From Escherichia phage JSE, in sequence record EU863408: 64,000 nucleotides of DNA, one strand, 5' to 3'. Positions 19,550-27,936 of this stretch are shown piece by piece. How positions within the stretch are numbered: the stretch's first letter is position 1; each line of letters opens with the position of its first letter. The translations under genes and the position numbers were made by a program. The notes beneath the pieces were generated by a model. It saw nothing but the letters and a program-made list of their open reading frames with translations. It was not told where the DNA came from and did not search any database.

Positions 19550-19558
19550 TAATCGAAA

Positions 19559-19590
19559 GGCGGGGATAATCCCCGCCTTTTTATTTTGCT
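19559..19590 (+). terminator. rho-independent terminator after gene 54
   Basis: GGCGGGG-ATAAT-CCCCGCC then TTTTTATTTT. Confidence 0.7.
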
Positions 19591-20066
19591 AAATCATTGC
19601 AATATTTTAGTGCCTTAGTTTGAAATTCTGCGCTGTTAAGTTCTTCATAACGGTCATAATCACCGTTTAATGCTGCCTTTCTTGCTTCTTGCTCTATCTG
19701 CATGTCAGACATGATAATACAGCGATCCCGTGCTTTCATCTTCTCAAGTTGTATAGACTCTTCTTTCTGTTTGCGCAATTCTTCTTGACGCTTCTTTTCT
19801 TCTCGTGCTTTCTCTTCCCGCGCTTCTTTGATTGCATCCTTGAACATCTGCGTTTGTGGTGCTAAACCAACTTTAACGCGATCCACGTCTCGACGTTCCA
19901 TTTTAGAAATAAAGCATGATTCGATCTGATCATCACTTGCATATGCTGCTTTACATTCACGAAGCAAGAAAACCGGATCTGATTTAGCATTCATCATAGC
20001 TTCCATGTTAGCACAACCAGTAAGAATGAATGCAGCCGCAAGACCAATCAGTTTAATCATTTTCAT
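19581..20066 (-). CDS. putative lipoprotein
   Basis: Signal peptide ending in lipobox LTGC; charged coiled-coil middle region. Confidence 0.5.
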   Translation of the reverse strand: MKMIKLIGLAAAFILTGCANMEAMMNAKSDPVFLLRECKAAYASDDQIESCFISKMERRDVDRVKVGLAPQTQMFKDAIKEAREEKAREEKKRQEELRKQKEESIQLEKMKARDRCIIMSDMQIEQEARKAALNGDYDRYEELNSAEFQTKALKYCNDLAK

Positions 20067-20887
20067 TTAGTCACCTCACCGAAAATTGTAAATTGTCTAC
20101 GATTCTCATCGCCGAAAGATTCTACTACGTCGTTTACCTTGACGCAAGTCCCGCGCGGTAAAATTACTTCACATTCGCAAGGGTTCCATGCAATGGACCC
20201 AACAACAAAACCTTTATGATCTTTTACATCAATCACCCATGATACATTACAAGAATGTTGCATCTTTCCGGTCATTGATTCATATCGATTCTCACAATAA
20301 AGGCTAGTGCTGTTTGATAGCCATCCTCCAAAGATGATCGGTGTCATGCTGGTCGATACAAAGTTTTTAAAGGTAAACTCCTTATCTTCAATGATGCGCT
20401 CTATTGTCTGAATGTCAAGATGTTGACCGCGATAAAGAGTACCGTTTAACTTTTCGGTTTTATCCATGACGCAATCCATCAAATCAACAATCTCTGATAT
20501 CTCATCGGTCATGTCTTCTTCGCCTAAGAGAGCACCATTTACCCATTCGTATTGTTCAGACACATAATCACAGATTGCAGTATATTCTTCTGGGGTTATG
20601 TTGTTATGTTTGTAATGTTTGAATACATTATCTCCAAAGTCTTCGGAGTGTACTTCATACATCACATTAATGATTTTCTTGACAAATCCATAATCTTGTG
20701 TCTCACGCTCAAGGAAGCGGATAACCTTCACATAATCATCAAAGTTAATCTGATCGCTGATCATCTCAGTGATCATGTAACCATTAATCCCCTCAATGTC
20801 ATATGTTTCGATGTAATTATCCATACGTTCCATCATTGATTCGCGTGATTCTTCCGAAAGACGAAAATCCTGTAATTGTTTGAACAT
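20063..20887 (-). CDS. Alt-like ADP-ribosyltransferase (short paralog)
   Basis: R-S-ExE catalytic triad signature (LYRGQ, STS, CECE) parallel to the C-terminus of the adjacent alt gene. Confidence 0.6.
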   Translation of the reverse strand: MFKQLQDFRLSEESRESMMERMDNYIETYDIEGINGYMITEMISDQINFDDYVKVIRFLERETQDYGFVKKIINVMYEVHSEDFGDNVFKHYKHNNITPEEYTAICDYVSEQYEWVNGALLGEEDMTDEISEIVDLMDCVMDKTEKLNGTLYRGQHLDIQTIERIIEDKEFTFKNFVSTSMTPIIFGGWLSNSTSLYCENRYESMTGKMQHSCNVSWVIDVKDHKGFVVGSIAWNPCECEVILPRGTCVKVNDVVESFGDENRRQFTIFGEVTK

Positions 20888-20904
20888 TTTAAACCTCCCA
20901 TATA

Positions 20905-20937
20905 ACAGAAAACGGGGCTAGTATAAAACTAGTCCCC
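20905..20937 (-). terminator. terminator after alt
   Basis: GGGGACTAGT-loop-ACTAGCCCC then T-rich tract on minus strand. Confidence 0.55.
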
Positions 20938-20965
20938 GTTTGAGTCAACCATTATTTCTTAAAAA

Positions 20966-23017
20966 TTACATTTTAAATTTATCTGGCATTGCGTCTACAG
21001 ATACCAGATCAGCGATAAGCTGACGTAGAGTTGCCTTATCTGCTTTCTTACGTTCGGTTTTAGCTTCGCTAATGAAGCTGGAGAAAGACAGGTCAGAAGC
21101 AGGTTTAACAACACCTTCACGGATGAATGCATCACCGTCTGCGATCATCTCGCCAGATTCTTGTAATGCTGCCAGTTCATTTTTGTTCATAATATGTGCC
21201 TCAATGTAATAAGTTTCTTGTGAATCCGTCGATGCCGTAGCACGAGTTACCGTATCAAAGGATAACACAACACCGCGAGGAAGTAAAATCTCGCATTCTT
21301 TGTAAGCAAATGCTTTGTTACCTACTGGCAATACAGGGATGTTTTCCGCGCCAGCAATGGAGAAAGCAACATTAGCGCCACCTTCACCGCGAGAGCCAGC
21401 CATAGAATCAACACCAGCAACGGCACTAGCCACGTTTGCATTCCAGCCGCCAAAAATGTTAGGTGCAAGGGAAGTGCTCACATAGTTTTTAAAGTAAAAC
21501 GCTTTTTGCTTACGTGCAGTTTCCCACATTTGCGACCGGAAGTCCATACCACGATACAGAATAGTACCCGGATCAAGTTTAACGCCATAGTTGGAGAAGG
21601 CATTATCCAGTGCATCGCACATCTTGACCAATTCTTCTGGATCTGAGATTCCTTCAAACTCTTCCAGCTTACGGTCGGTTAGGAAGTTGTTCATATTGAT
21701 GTATGCTGCATCGGCATATTCGCTCAACACAAAACCTTCCGCGCCTGGCAGATCAAGATCAATATTTGCCATCATTTCACCCATGTTGCTAGCAATTGCT
21801 TCAAACATACCGGAAGCAACATTACGTAGGGCATCGGTTTTAATCTGGGTGATATTACTACGCAGCATTTCAGCTTTTACATCTGCTGGCATAGACTGGT
21901 CTACTCGATCCATTGCCAGTGCGGTGATCTTGTTTTCGAATACTTCCTCGCTCATGATTTCTTTTAAGCGTTTGATTGATGCTGCGATAACTTCCGCAGA
22001 CAACGGATCATATTGATCCTGAACTTTTACCAGTTCGCTTACTGCGTATTTTGCATCGGCTTCGCTTTCAAAAATAGTACGCATGAAACCATAGCGAGTG
22101 ATAATATCACTTGTCCAGTCATTCAGAGAACGGGCGGTTGAACGTTCTAAGGCTTGACGATCAATCAGAGTATTAAACTGTTTCTTAGGTTCTGCTTCGG
22201 TGATATCTTCTTCCGGTTTAAGATTAATTTTTTCTGGATGATTCACATAGTCGCTGTTATAGGTCGCTTGAGTTTTCAGCATTTCTTCTTTAGTCAAACG
22301 AGATTTAGCCGCTACGCGTTGTTCCGCTTCCGCGTTTCGTTCTTCTTCTGACACAAGACTAGCCGCATACGCTTCATCTTTAGTCAGAGATTCACCAGTA
22401 GCCTTAGATACCCAGCGATCACCTAAATCACTTTCTACTTTAGTGAACAAGGAATCATCAAGTTTAATCCCTTTAATCTTATCAATCGCCATACCGCGAC
22501 GCTTGACAACAACTAAAGCGATCTTTTTGCTGGTCATTACTTCCTGCTGGAATACTTCAAACTTCGGTGTACGACGCACCAAACGCTCTATAACGCGCTT
22601 AACCAGTTCGGTCTTACCTTTCATGCGGGATACGTTAAAACGGAACATAACAGCGTCTAGTTGCGCTTTACGGGCTGTTTCCATAACCACATCAAAAGCA
22701 CTTGACATAACTGCAATCGGGTTATCGCCTAGACCATTTTTAAGCTGTACAATACGACCGCTTTTGTTCATTTCGCACAGTACAACATGTGCGGTCTTGT
22801 CACCCATACGAATGATTTTAGGTGTTTTGTTGGTGAAGTTACAAAGACGGACAATCACATCTTTATCGCGTGTCTGTACTGCAAAAAGCTGTTTAGGATT
22901 CTGCTTAGGCTTTAAGCACTGTACCGGGGCAATACTACCAAAGTTTTCTTCCTCTTCCGTCAACAGCCATTTCTCGAAAGATTCAATCATTAGATCGTCG
23001 ATTTCTAAGTTAAACAT
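20966..23017 (-). CDS. alt: Alt ADP-ribosyltransferase (packaged)
   Basis: 683 aa (T4 Alt is 682 aa); C-terminal YRG...STS...ECE motifs; position after gene 54. Confidence 0.85.
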   Translation of the reverse strand: MFNLEIDDLMIESFEKWLLTEEEENFGSIAPVQCLKPKQNPKQLFAVQTRDKDVIVRLCNFTNKTPKIIRMGDKTAHVVLCEMNKSGRIVQLKNGLGDNPIAVMSSAFDVVMETARKAQLDAVMFRFNVSRMKGKTELVKRVIERLVRRTPKFEVFQQEVMTSKKIALVVVKRRGMAIDKIKGIKLDDSLFTKVESDLGDRWVSKATGESLTKDEAYAASLVSEEERNAEAEQRVAAKSRLTKEEMLKTQATYNSDYVNHPEKINLKPEEDITEAEPKKQFNTLIDRQALERSTARSLNDWTSDIITRYGFMRTIFESEADAKYAVSELVKVQDQYDPLSAEVIAASIKRLKEIMSEEVFENKITALAMDRVDQSMPADVKAEMLRSNITQIKTDALRNVASGMFEAIASNMGEMMANIDLDLPGAEGFVLSEYADAAYINMNNFLTDRKLEEFEGISDPEELVKMCDALDNAFSNYGVKLDPGTILYRGMDFRSQMWETARKQKAFYFKNYVSTSLAPNIFGGWNANVASAVAGVDSMAGSRGEGGANVAFSIAGAENIPVLPVGNKAFAYKECEILLPRGVVLSFDTVTRATASTDSQETYYIEAHIMNKNELAALQESGEMIADGDAFIREGVVKPASDLSFSSFISEAKTERKKADKATLRQLIADLVSVDAMPDKFKM

Positions 23018-23055
23018 TTTATATCCTCTAGTTGATAACCTATAAACCTATATTT

Positions 23056-23084
23056 ATGAAAACGGGGCTTAACGCCCCTTTTTA
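23056..23084 (-). terminator. hairpin terminator, possibly bidirectional
   Basis: GGGGC-TTAAC-GCCCC with T-runs on both strands. Confidence 0.5.
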
Positions 23085-23297
23085 TTATAATGCACCATCG
23101 AGCAATTGCTCTAAGGTGTATCCTGAATAGTCTTTTTCAATCAGGATATATTTTCCTACTCGTTTAATACAACCGCGCATTTCAACGTATTCTGCGTAGT
23201 TGATGGTACGAGTTGTTCCATCTTCCAGTAATGCAGTACCGATTTCGTTAATGCGGTCATAAGTTACGTCGGTAATGATGATTTCGATGTTAGCCAT
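23085..23297 (-). CDS. hypothetical protein
   Basis: 70 aa ORF with own promoter cassette. Confidence 0.45.
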   Translation of the reverse strand: MANIEIIITDVTYDRINEIGTALLEDGTTRTINYAEYVEMRGCIKRVGKYILIEKDYSGYTLEQLLDGAL

Positions 23298-23333
23298 TTG
23301 ATACTCCTTAGTAGTTCGTTTCTGTATGGGTGT

Positions 23334-23362
23334 ATTATGATATACACCCTCTGTTATGTCAA
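23334..23362 (-). promoter_or_regulatory. early promoter cassette (TTGACA-N17-CATAAT)
   Basis: Precedes ORF 23085..23297; -10 overlaps a GGGTGTAT/ATACACCC palindrome. Confidence 0.5.
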
Positions 23363-23368
23363 CAACTT

Positions 23369-23548
23369 TTAGAACATTTTTGAAATTAATTCTGCTTTGA
23401 TTTCGCAGAGAACATCTAAAGATTTCTCGTCACCCGCTTTTGCTGCTTCTGCTTGCATTTTTGAAATGGCTTCAATCTCAGTGCAATTATAAGCCGCTTG
23501 AACTTTAGCGATTGCGATGATTGCCGATTCGATGGTTAAGTGTTTCAT
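23369..23548 (-). CDS. hypothetical small protein (59 aa)
   Basis: AAGGAG site 8 nt upstream; preceded by promoter cassette at 23581-23609; not in track. Confidence 0.4.
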   Translation of the reverse strand: MKHLTIESAIIAIAKVQAAYNCTEIEAISKMQAEAAKAGDEKSLDVLCEIKAELISKMF

Positions 23549-23580
23549 GTTTGATTCTCCTTTCGTTTCGGTATGTGTGT

Positions 23581-23609
23581 ATTATAGGGGATCGATGATC
23601 CCCTGTCAA
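23581..23609 (-). promoter_or_regulatory. early promoter with stem-loop spacer (PeSL-like)
   Basis: TTGACA, palindromic spacer GGGGATCATCGATCCCC, TATAAT, then AAGGAG site. Confidence 0.6.
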
Positions 23610-23617
23610 CAACTTTT

Positions 23618-24136
23618 TTAGTTATTTTTTAATTGCTCATCTTGCAATAGGGCAATCACATGCTGGCGATGTTCTTCCGATTGAGGCACACCGAAAAAGT
23701 TTGTTTTGTAGAAATACTCTAATCGGTCTTCTCGTGTGCTCTCTTCCATCATGATCGCGGGTAGTCCGAGATTTCGGAAACGTCGCTTTTCTGCTGGCGT
23801 AAAATCACTGTAATACAACATAGAATCATCATTACCAGCAATGCTAAACTCATCCTTCATAAAGGAGAATATTGCGTTTAAACGCTGTTTACCGTCCACG
23901 ATTTCGATCTCATAGCGAGAGCCATCATCAATCTTAGCCATTGCGATAGCACCAACCGGAAAATCATTAATCAGGTTTTCGATAAACATACGTTTGTTTT
24001 CTGTGTCCCATACTAAAGGACGCTGATAATCTGGGTTCATGTTGATATAGCCATCTTCTAACCATGCATCATAAACAGAGATGACAAAGTTTTTAGTATT
24101 GGTATAGTAACGGCGTTTAGGCGTTAAACGGTTCAT
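23618..24136 (-). CDS. DUF262 / ParB-like nuclease-fold domain protein
   Basis: DYQRPLVW and IVDGKQRLNAI motifs typical of DUF262; start placed at ATG 24136 with AGGAG site. Confidence 0.5.
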   Translation of the reverse strand: MNRLTPKRRYYTNTKNFVISVYDAWLEDGYINMNPDYQRPLVWDTENKRMFIENLINDFPVGAIAMAKIDDGSRYEIEIVDGKQRLNAIFSFMKDEFSIAGNDDSMLYYSDFTPAEKRRFRNLGLPAIMMEESTREDRLEYFYKTNFFGVPQSEEHRQHVIALLQDEQLKNN

Positions 24137-24137
24137 G

Positions 24138-24467
24138 TTATAGTCTCCTGAATGGATCATCACGTAAATCAATATCTTTTAAGAACTCATCCCATGAATG
24201 CCGGATATTGTTCTTAATTCTCCAGATAAGCGCAGGGATTGAACGCTCTCCCATCTGGAAGTAAGGATCATATGATCCGTATGCCCAATATGCTACTACA
24301 ATTCCACAATCAGCGCAATAGTATTCTATTTCACTTGCTGGCGACCAAAGTCCATCAATATGATCGGTGATCTTGCTTTCGATGTTATGGCTATGACAAT
24401 CAGGGCAACGGATGCAATGACCTTGTTTATCGTAATTTGACGTTAGCGAATACTTAAACAATCTCAT
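24138..24467 (-). CDS. zinc-ribbon protein
   Basis: Two CxxC pairs (CIRCPDC and CADC). Confidence 0.5.
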   Translation of the reverse strand: MRLFKYSLTSNYDKQGHCIRCPDCHSHNIESKITDHIDGLWSPASEIEYYCADCGIVVAYWAYGSYDPYFQMGERSIPALIWRIKNNIRHSWDEFLKDIDLRDDPFRRL

Positions 24468-25183
24468 TATAGATCCTTATTTGCTTCAAATACTGCCTTT
24501 GCGAATCCTCGCGGGGTAAGTGACCTTATAGTCTTTGTTTTCGTTCCTTTCCCGCCTAGCTTAGAATGCTGTTTACTGTACCCTTTATTAATCTGCAACG
24601 GTTTCTTTTCTGGCATTATAAAGCCTTGTCCGGACCATAAGCAAGTCTTTTTCGGGTACATATCACGGGCGGCAATATACTCAGGAAACGTAGGATGCTT
24701 ATCATCTTCCGGCAAATAACCGCCATATTCCCACGGATGGAACATATAATCAGGCTTACGCCACATGCTAGAGATAACGCTTACAGGATTCTCTATCATG
24801 TAGGGAACTCCTAGCCATTCACCCAAATAAGCGGTTATTTTAGCTGCCCTTACATCATGAACTTGAATCAATGGTCCTTGCTCTCGTTTCTTTCGTTCAA
24901 AGTGTGCAGCGCCACTAACAGCTAAATTGGTGCACGGTGGGAATGCAAAGATAATATCCGGTTTCCCCCATTCAAGGTCCATTGCTCTTTCCAGCCAGTT
25001 CAAATCAATCCAGGTGTTTACATAGGTAATGTTTGGATGTTCAAATCTGGTATTATACTTTTTGTATGTACCGTGGTCGGCGTCATCCGCATTAAAGCAG
25101 ACTACCTTATGACCTGCTTTAGCCCATTCTAGCCCCATTATCCCCGATCCGTCAAAGTTGCAGAATATTAATTTTTGTTTCAC
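24467..25183 (-). CDS. SAM-dependent methyltransferase-like protein (cytosine-5 MTase-like motifs)
   Basis: FxGxG motif I (FDGSGIMG), PC motif IV (FPPCTNLAVSG), ENP in place of ENV; lacks an obvious target-recognition domain. Confidence 0.4.
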   Translation of the reverse strand: MKQKLIFCNFDGSGIMGLEWAKAGHKVVCFNADDADHGTYKKYNTRFEHPNITYVNTWIDLNWLERAMDLEWGKPDIIFAFPPCTNLAVSGAAHFERKKREQGPLIQVHDVRAAKITAYLGEWLGVPYMIENPVSVISSMWRKPDYMFHPWEYGGYLPEDDKHPTFPEYIAARDMYPKKTCLWSGQGFIMPEKKPLQINKGYSKQHSKLGGKGTKTKTIRSLTPRGFAKAVFEANKDL

Positions 25184-25431
25184 GCTGCCCCCATTGGTTT
25201 GATAGTAACAGAATCTAAAAGACCTTTGTTAGCCAGTTCGCGGCAAGTTTTCAGATCCGCAACTTCCCAGCCAGCCGCAATCAGGTTATCAATGAGGCTG
25301 TTAGCAACTTCTTCGCTCATGAAAGAGCACTGTTTGCCGATGGTGTAGCGTACACGCTGTAATTTCAGTTTACGGAAGCCTTTAACGTTCAGGTCTTTAG
25401 CGATTTTCTTTGCGGTTTCGATGTTAGCCAT
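25180..25431 (-). CDS. hypothetical protein, first gene of a four-gene operon
   Basis: 83 aa; overlaps the next start; promoter cassette at 25472-25500. Confidence 0.5.
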   Translation of the reverse strand: MANIETAKKIAKDLNVKGFRKLKLQRVRYTIGKQCSFMSEEVANSLIDNLIAAGWEVADLKTCRELANKGLLDSVTIKPMGAA

Positions 25432-25471
25432 TGTTTGATTCTCCTAAGTGGTATCTCGTCTTGATGGTTGT

Positions 25472-25500
25472 ATTGTAGGGGAGTTATCCTCCCCTGTCAA
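25472..25500 (-). promoter_or_regulatory. early promoter with stem-loop spacer (PeSL-like)
   Basis: TTGACA, spacer GGGGAGGATAACTCCCC, TACAAT; drives the four-gene operon 25431 to 23618. Confidence 0.55.
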
Positions 25501-25514
25501 CACTTTTTATAAAA

Positions 25515-25682
25515 TTATTTGTTAATTTCTGGTGCGTTGCTAGGATAGTAACCTTCTTTAACTCCGAGATATTTCGCAACCATCCCTACAATCTTCTGTG
25601 CTACTACAATGTCAAATTTCAGATAATCTTCGCCGTGGGTTTCAATGATATATGCTTCACATGCTGCTTTAGTCTCGAACAT
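25515..25682 (-). CDS. hypothetical small protein (55 aa), copy A of a duplicated gene
   Basis: About 85 percent nucleotide identity to 28994..29161 by eye; own promoter cassette. Confidence 0.45.
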   Translation of the reverse strand: MFETKAACEAYIIETHGEDYLKFDIVVAQKIVGMVAKYLGVKEGYYPSNAPEINK

Positions 25683-25715
25683 TTTGATTCTCCTATTTCG
25701 TTTCGGTATGTGTGT

Positions 25716-25744
25716 ATTATAGGGGATCGGTGATCCCCTGTCAA
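25716..25744 (-). promoter_or_regulatory. early promoter with stem-loop spacer (PeSL-like)
   Basis: TTGACA, GGGGATCACCGATCCCC, TATAAT. Confidence 0.6.
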
Positions 25745-25750
25745 CAACTT

Positions 25751-26062
25751 TTAGCGACGGCGACGATGTTTTTTGCGAGTTGCCTTTTTGTATGCTTTAT
25801 ATGCCTTTTTACCGTTTTTATATGCTTTTTTGGTATATGATTGATTTTTCTTATTGTTTTTGTATGTTTCCCGGTCAGTATTAATTTCGTTACATTCCAC
25901 GAAACGGTGTCGATGTTCTTGTGGTATGATCAAACATTTATCATAATTAACCATTTCGTTTTTCGTTGTTTGTGGTTTCTTTGGTGTGTTGTTTGCACTA
26001 ACAGACCCAGCAAAGAGAATGAGTATAGCGGTCATTAACGCAAACATTGTTTTCTTAATCAT
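25751..26062 (-). CDS. secreted small basic protein
   Basis: N-terminal signal peptide; lysine/arginine-rich C-terminus. Confidence 0.5.
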   Translation of the reverse strand: MIKKTMFALMTAILILFAGSVSANNTPKKPQTTKNEMVNYDKCLIIPQEHRHRFVECNEINTDRETYKNNKKNQSYTKKAYKNGKKAYKAYKKATRKKHRRRR

Positions 26063-26120
26063 AATATTCTCCTTTAGTTTCTGCGGGAGTGTGAATATAA
26101 CACTCCCTTAATATTTTGTA

Positions 26121-26402
26121 TTATTCGTGATTAGTTTCGATGTTGTGCATTTTGCACCAGTTCAGCCAATCGCCCAGATCTTGATAGTTAATGCTTTTAT
26201 CTGCTGCCATCGTTTTTGTCTTGATACCCATATGTGCGTTATGAGTAAGCATTTTTACAGTGAACTCGATTTTATCGCCTTTAGCTTTAACATCAACCAG
26301 TTTGGTCCACTGGCTACCAGCACCGCGAATGTTCATACCAACGATGTTTCCGATGTATGCTTCTTTGTTTTTCAGGATTTCGGTTGCTTTGATGAATTTC
26401 AT
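26121..26402 (-). CDS. hypothetical protein
   Basis: 93 aa ORF with promoter cassette at 26436-26464. Confidence 0.5.
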   Translation of the reverse strand: MKFIKATEILKNKEAYIGNIVGMNIRGAGSQWTKLVDVKAKGDKIEFTVKMLTHNAHMGIKTKTMAADKSINYQDLGDWLNWCKMHNIETNHE

Positions 26403-26435
26403 TTTTGATTCTCCAGTTCGTTTCGGTATGGGTGT

Positions 26436-26464
26436 ATTATGCTATGTTCTTACTTTGGTGTCAA
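26436..26464 (-). promoter_or_regulatory. early promoter (TTGACA-N17-CATAAT)
   Basis: Cassette without palindromic spacer. Confidence 0.5.
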
Positions 26465-26473
26465 CAACTTTTT

Positions 26474-26743
26474 TTAGATATTTTCAGAAATAAATTTTAA
26501 AACTTGACGTAAATGTTTCTCATCTTTGATGGTAGCCGGAAGTTCTTCTTTTACTTCCTGTGCAAGATAGATATTTCCGTTCCAAGTGAAAGATCCGTCT
26601 TCGTTTACTCGATAGCTGAACATCCACTCGCAATCATTTTCGATTTCATATACACACAGAAGGGTGTAATCGTTAAAGCTATTGATTTCAAGGTCGAAGC
26701 CGTGACGTTTTGCAAAGTTGGTAGTGGTTTTAGTCAGTACCAT
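26474..26743 (-). CDS. hypothetical protein
   Basis: 89 aa ORF with promoter cassette at 26784-26812. Confidence 0.5.
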   Translation of the reverse strand: MVLTKTTTNFAKRHGFDLEINSFNDYTLLCVYEIENDCEWMFSYRVNEDGSFTWNGNIYLAQEVKEELPATIKDEKHLRQVLKFISENI

Positions 26744-26783
26744 TGTTTGATTCTCCTAAGTGGTATCTCGTCTTGATGGGTGT

Positions 26784-26812
26784 ATTATGCTATACACAGG
26801 ATCTGGTGTCAA
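26784..26812 (-). promoter_or_regulatory. early promoter (TTGACA-N17-CATAAT)
   Basis: Same cassette family. Confidence 0.5.
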
Positions 26813-26835
26813 TGCCTTTTTTAAAATTTTATGCA

Positions 26836-26862
26836 ATAAAAAAGCCGACGCTAAGGTCGGCT
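26836..26862 (-). terminator. rho-independent terminator
   Basis: AGCCGACC-TTAG-CGTCGGCT then T7 on minus strand. Confidence 0.6.
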
Positions 26863-26869
26863 AATAAAA

Positions 26870-27177
26870 TCATTTAGACAAATAATCATTCAGTGCAATC
26901 CGGTCGGCGTATGCTGGTGTTACGTCAATCGCAATCACTTTAACGCGTGCTTTCTTGCGACCTGGGTTTTCTCGTAACCAGTGCTCATGACCGTGAACAT
27001 TTTATACTGCGATGCTTCTTCGAAAGTACGGATCGGACAAGGGTAATCAGCGTAAAGGATCTCTAGGTCTTCGGTGATGTAAAAATATACATCATAATTA
27101 CTGTTCTCTAGTTTAAGCAGAGACTTTCGGAACATTGGGAGATTTTCGCGGGTAAATTCAAAGATATTATCTTTCAT
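26870..27177 (-). pseudogene. HxHW-family small protein, frameshifted at an A4/T4 tract (26997-27000)
   Basis: Track ORF 26935..27177 carries the family N-terminus (YFYITEDLEI); the C-terminal HGHEHW...VIAIDVTPAYAD lies in another frame. Confidence 0.4.
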
Positions 27178-27227
27178 AGTATTATCCTCAATAGTTGGAT
27201 GAAAAGGGGGGCTTAATGCCCCGTATA

Positions 27228-27515
27228 TTAAAACAGTCCTTCCTGTACACCGTAGTAGAGTTCATCGCTGATAATTTCATTAATGCGACGGTGTGCATAT
27301 TCCTGATTTGCGAAGTTGTCAGCAAGTTCTACTTTAGTTTCGCCATCATGAGTCCATTTAGTGATAACTTTACCATCGGCAAATTTGAAGTTGAACTCTT
27401 TAGCTACCGCATCGCGTACCAGACGTGCAAACTTATTGTTGCGGATTGCATTGTCGGTTTCGTGTGCAGCGTGAGCGAATTTGTTAACTTTCAGAGTGAT
27501 AGTAATGTATGCCAT
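27228..27515 (-). CDS. hypothetical protein
   Basis: 95 aa; possible paralog of 30649..30960 (shared AKEFN segment). Confidence 0.5.
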   Translation of the reverse strand: MAYITITLKVNKFAHAAHETDNAIRNNKFARLVRDAVAKEFNFKFADGKVITKWTHDGETKVELADNFANQEYAHRRINEIISDELYYGVQEGLF

Positions 27516-27561
27516 AATTTGATTCTCCTAGTTAGAAAGTGTATCTCGTTTCGACGGGTGT

Positions 27562-27590
27562 ATTATGCTATACACCCGATCCATTGTCAA
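27562..27590 (-). promoter_or_regulatory. early promoter (TTGACA-N17-CATAAT)
   Basis: GGGTGTAT/ATACACCC palindrome around the -10. Confidence 0.5.
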
Positions 27591-27922
27591 CGCCTTTTTA
27601 TAAAATAATTTTCGATATCTTTATGATGTTTTTCTCGTGCTTGGTCTGCCTCGGCTGGCGATACGTTGGAAGCGATAATCTTCACTACTGTTGCACCTTT
27701 TTCGGTGTCCGACACCCAATGATTATGGAAACCGCTATTATTAAACACTTGATAAGAAAATGATTTAATGTTAGGGAAATTATAAGTGTAATAACGTACC
27801 CTTAATTCTGAATCTACGTATAGATAGATCACCGCACCTAGATAGACCGTCTCACTCGTTCCGTCAACTAACAGTAGAGTATTTCGCAATTCTTCTAAAT
27901 TGTCTTTTGTAAGAAAAATCAT
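27587..27922 (-). CDS. HxHW-family small protein
   Basis: YLYVDSEL ... HNHW ... IASNVSPAEAD. Confidence 0.55.
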   Translation of the reverse strand: MIFLTKDNLEELRNTLLLVDGTSETVYLGAVIYLYVDSELRVRYYTYNFPNIKSFSYQVFNNSGFHNHWVSDTEKGATVVKIIASNVSPAEADQAREKHHKDIENYFIKRR

Positions 27923-27936
27923 AGTATAATCCTCAA

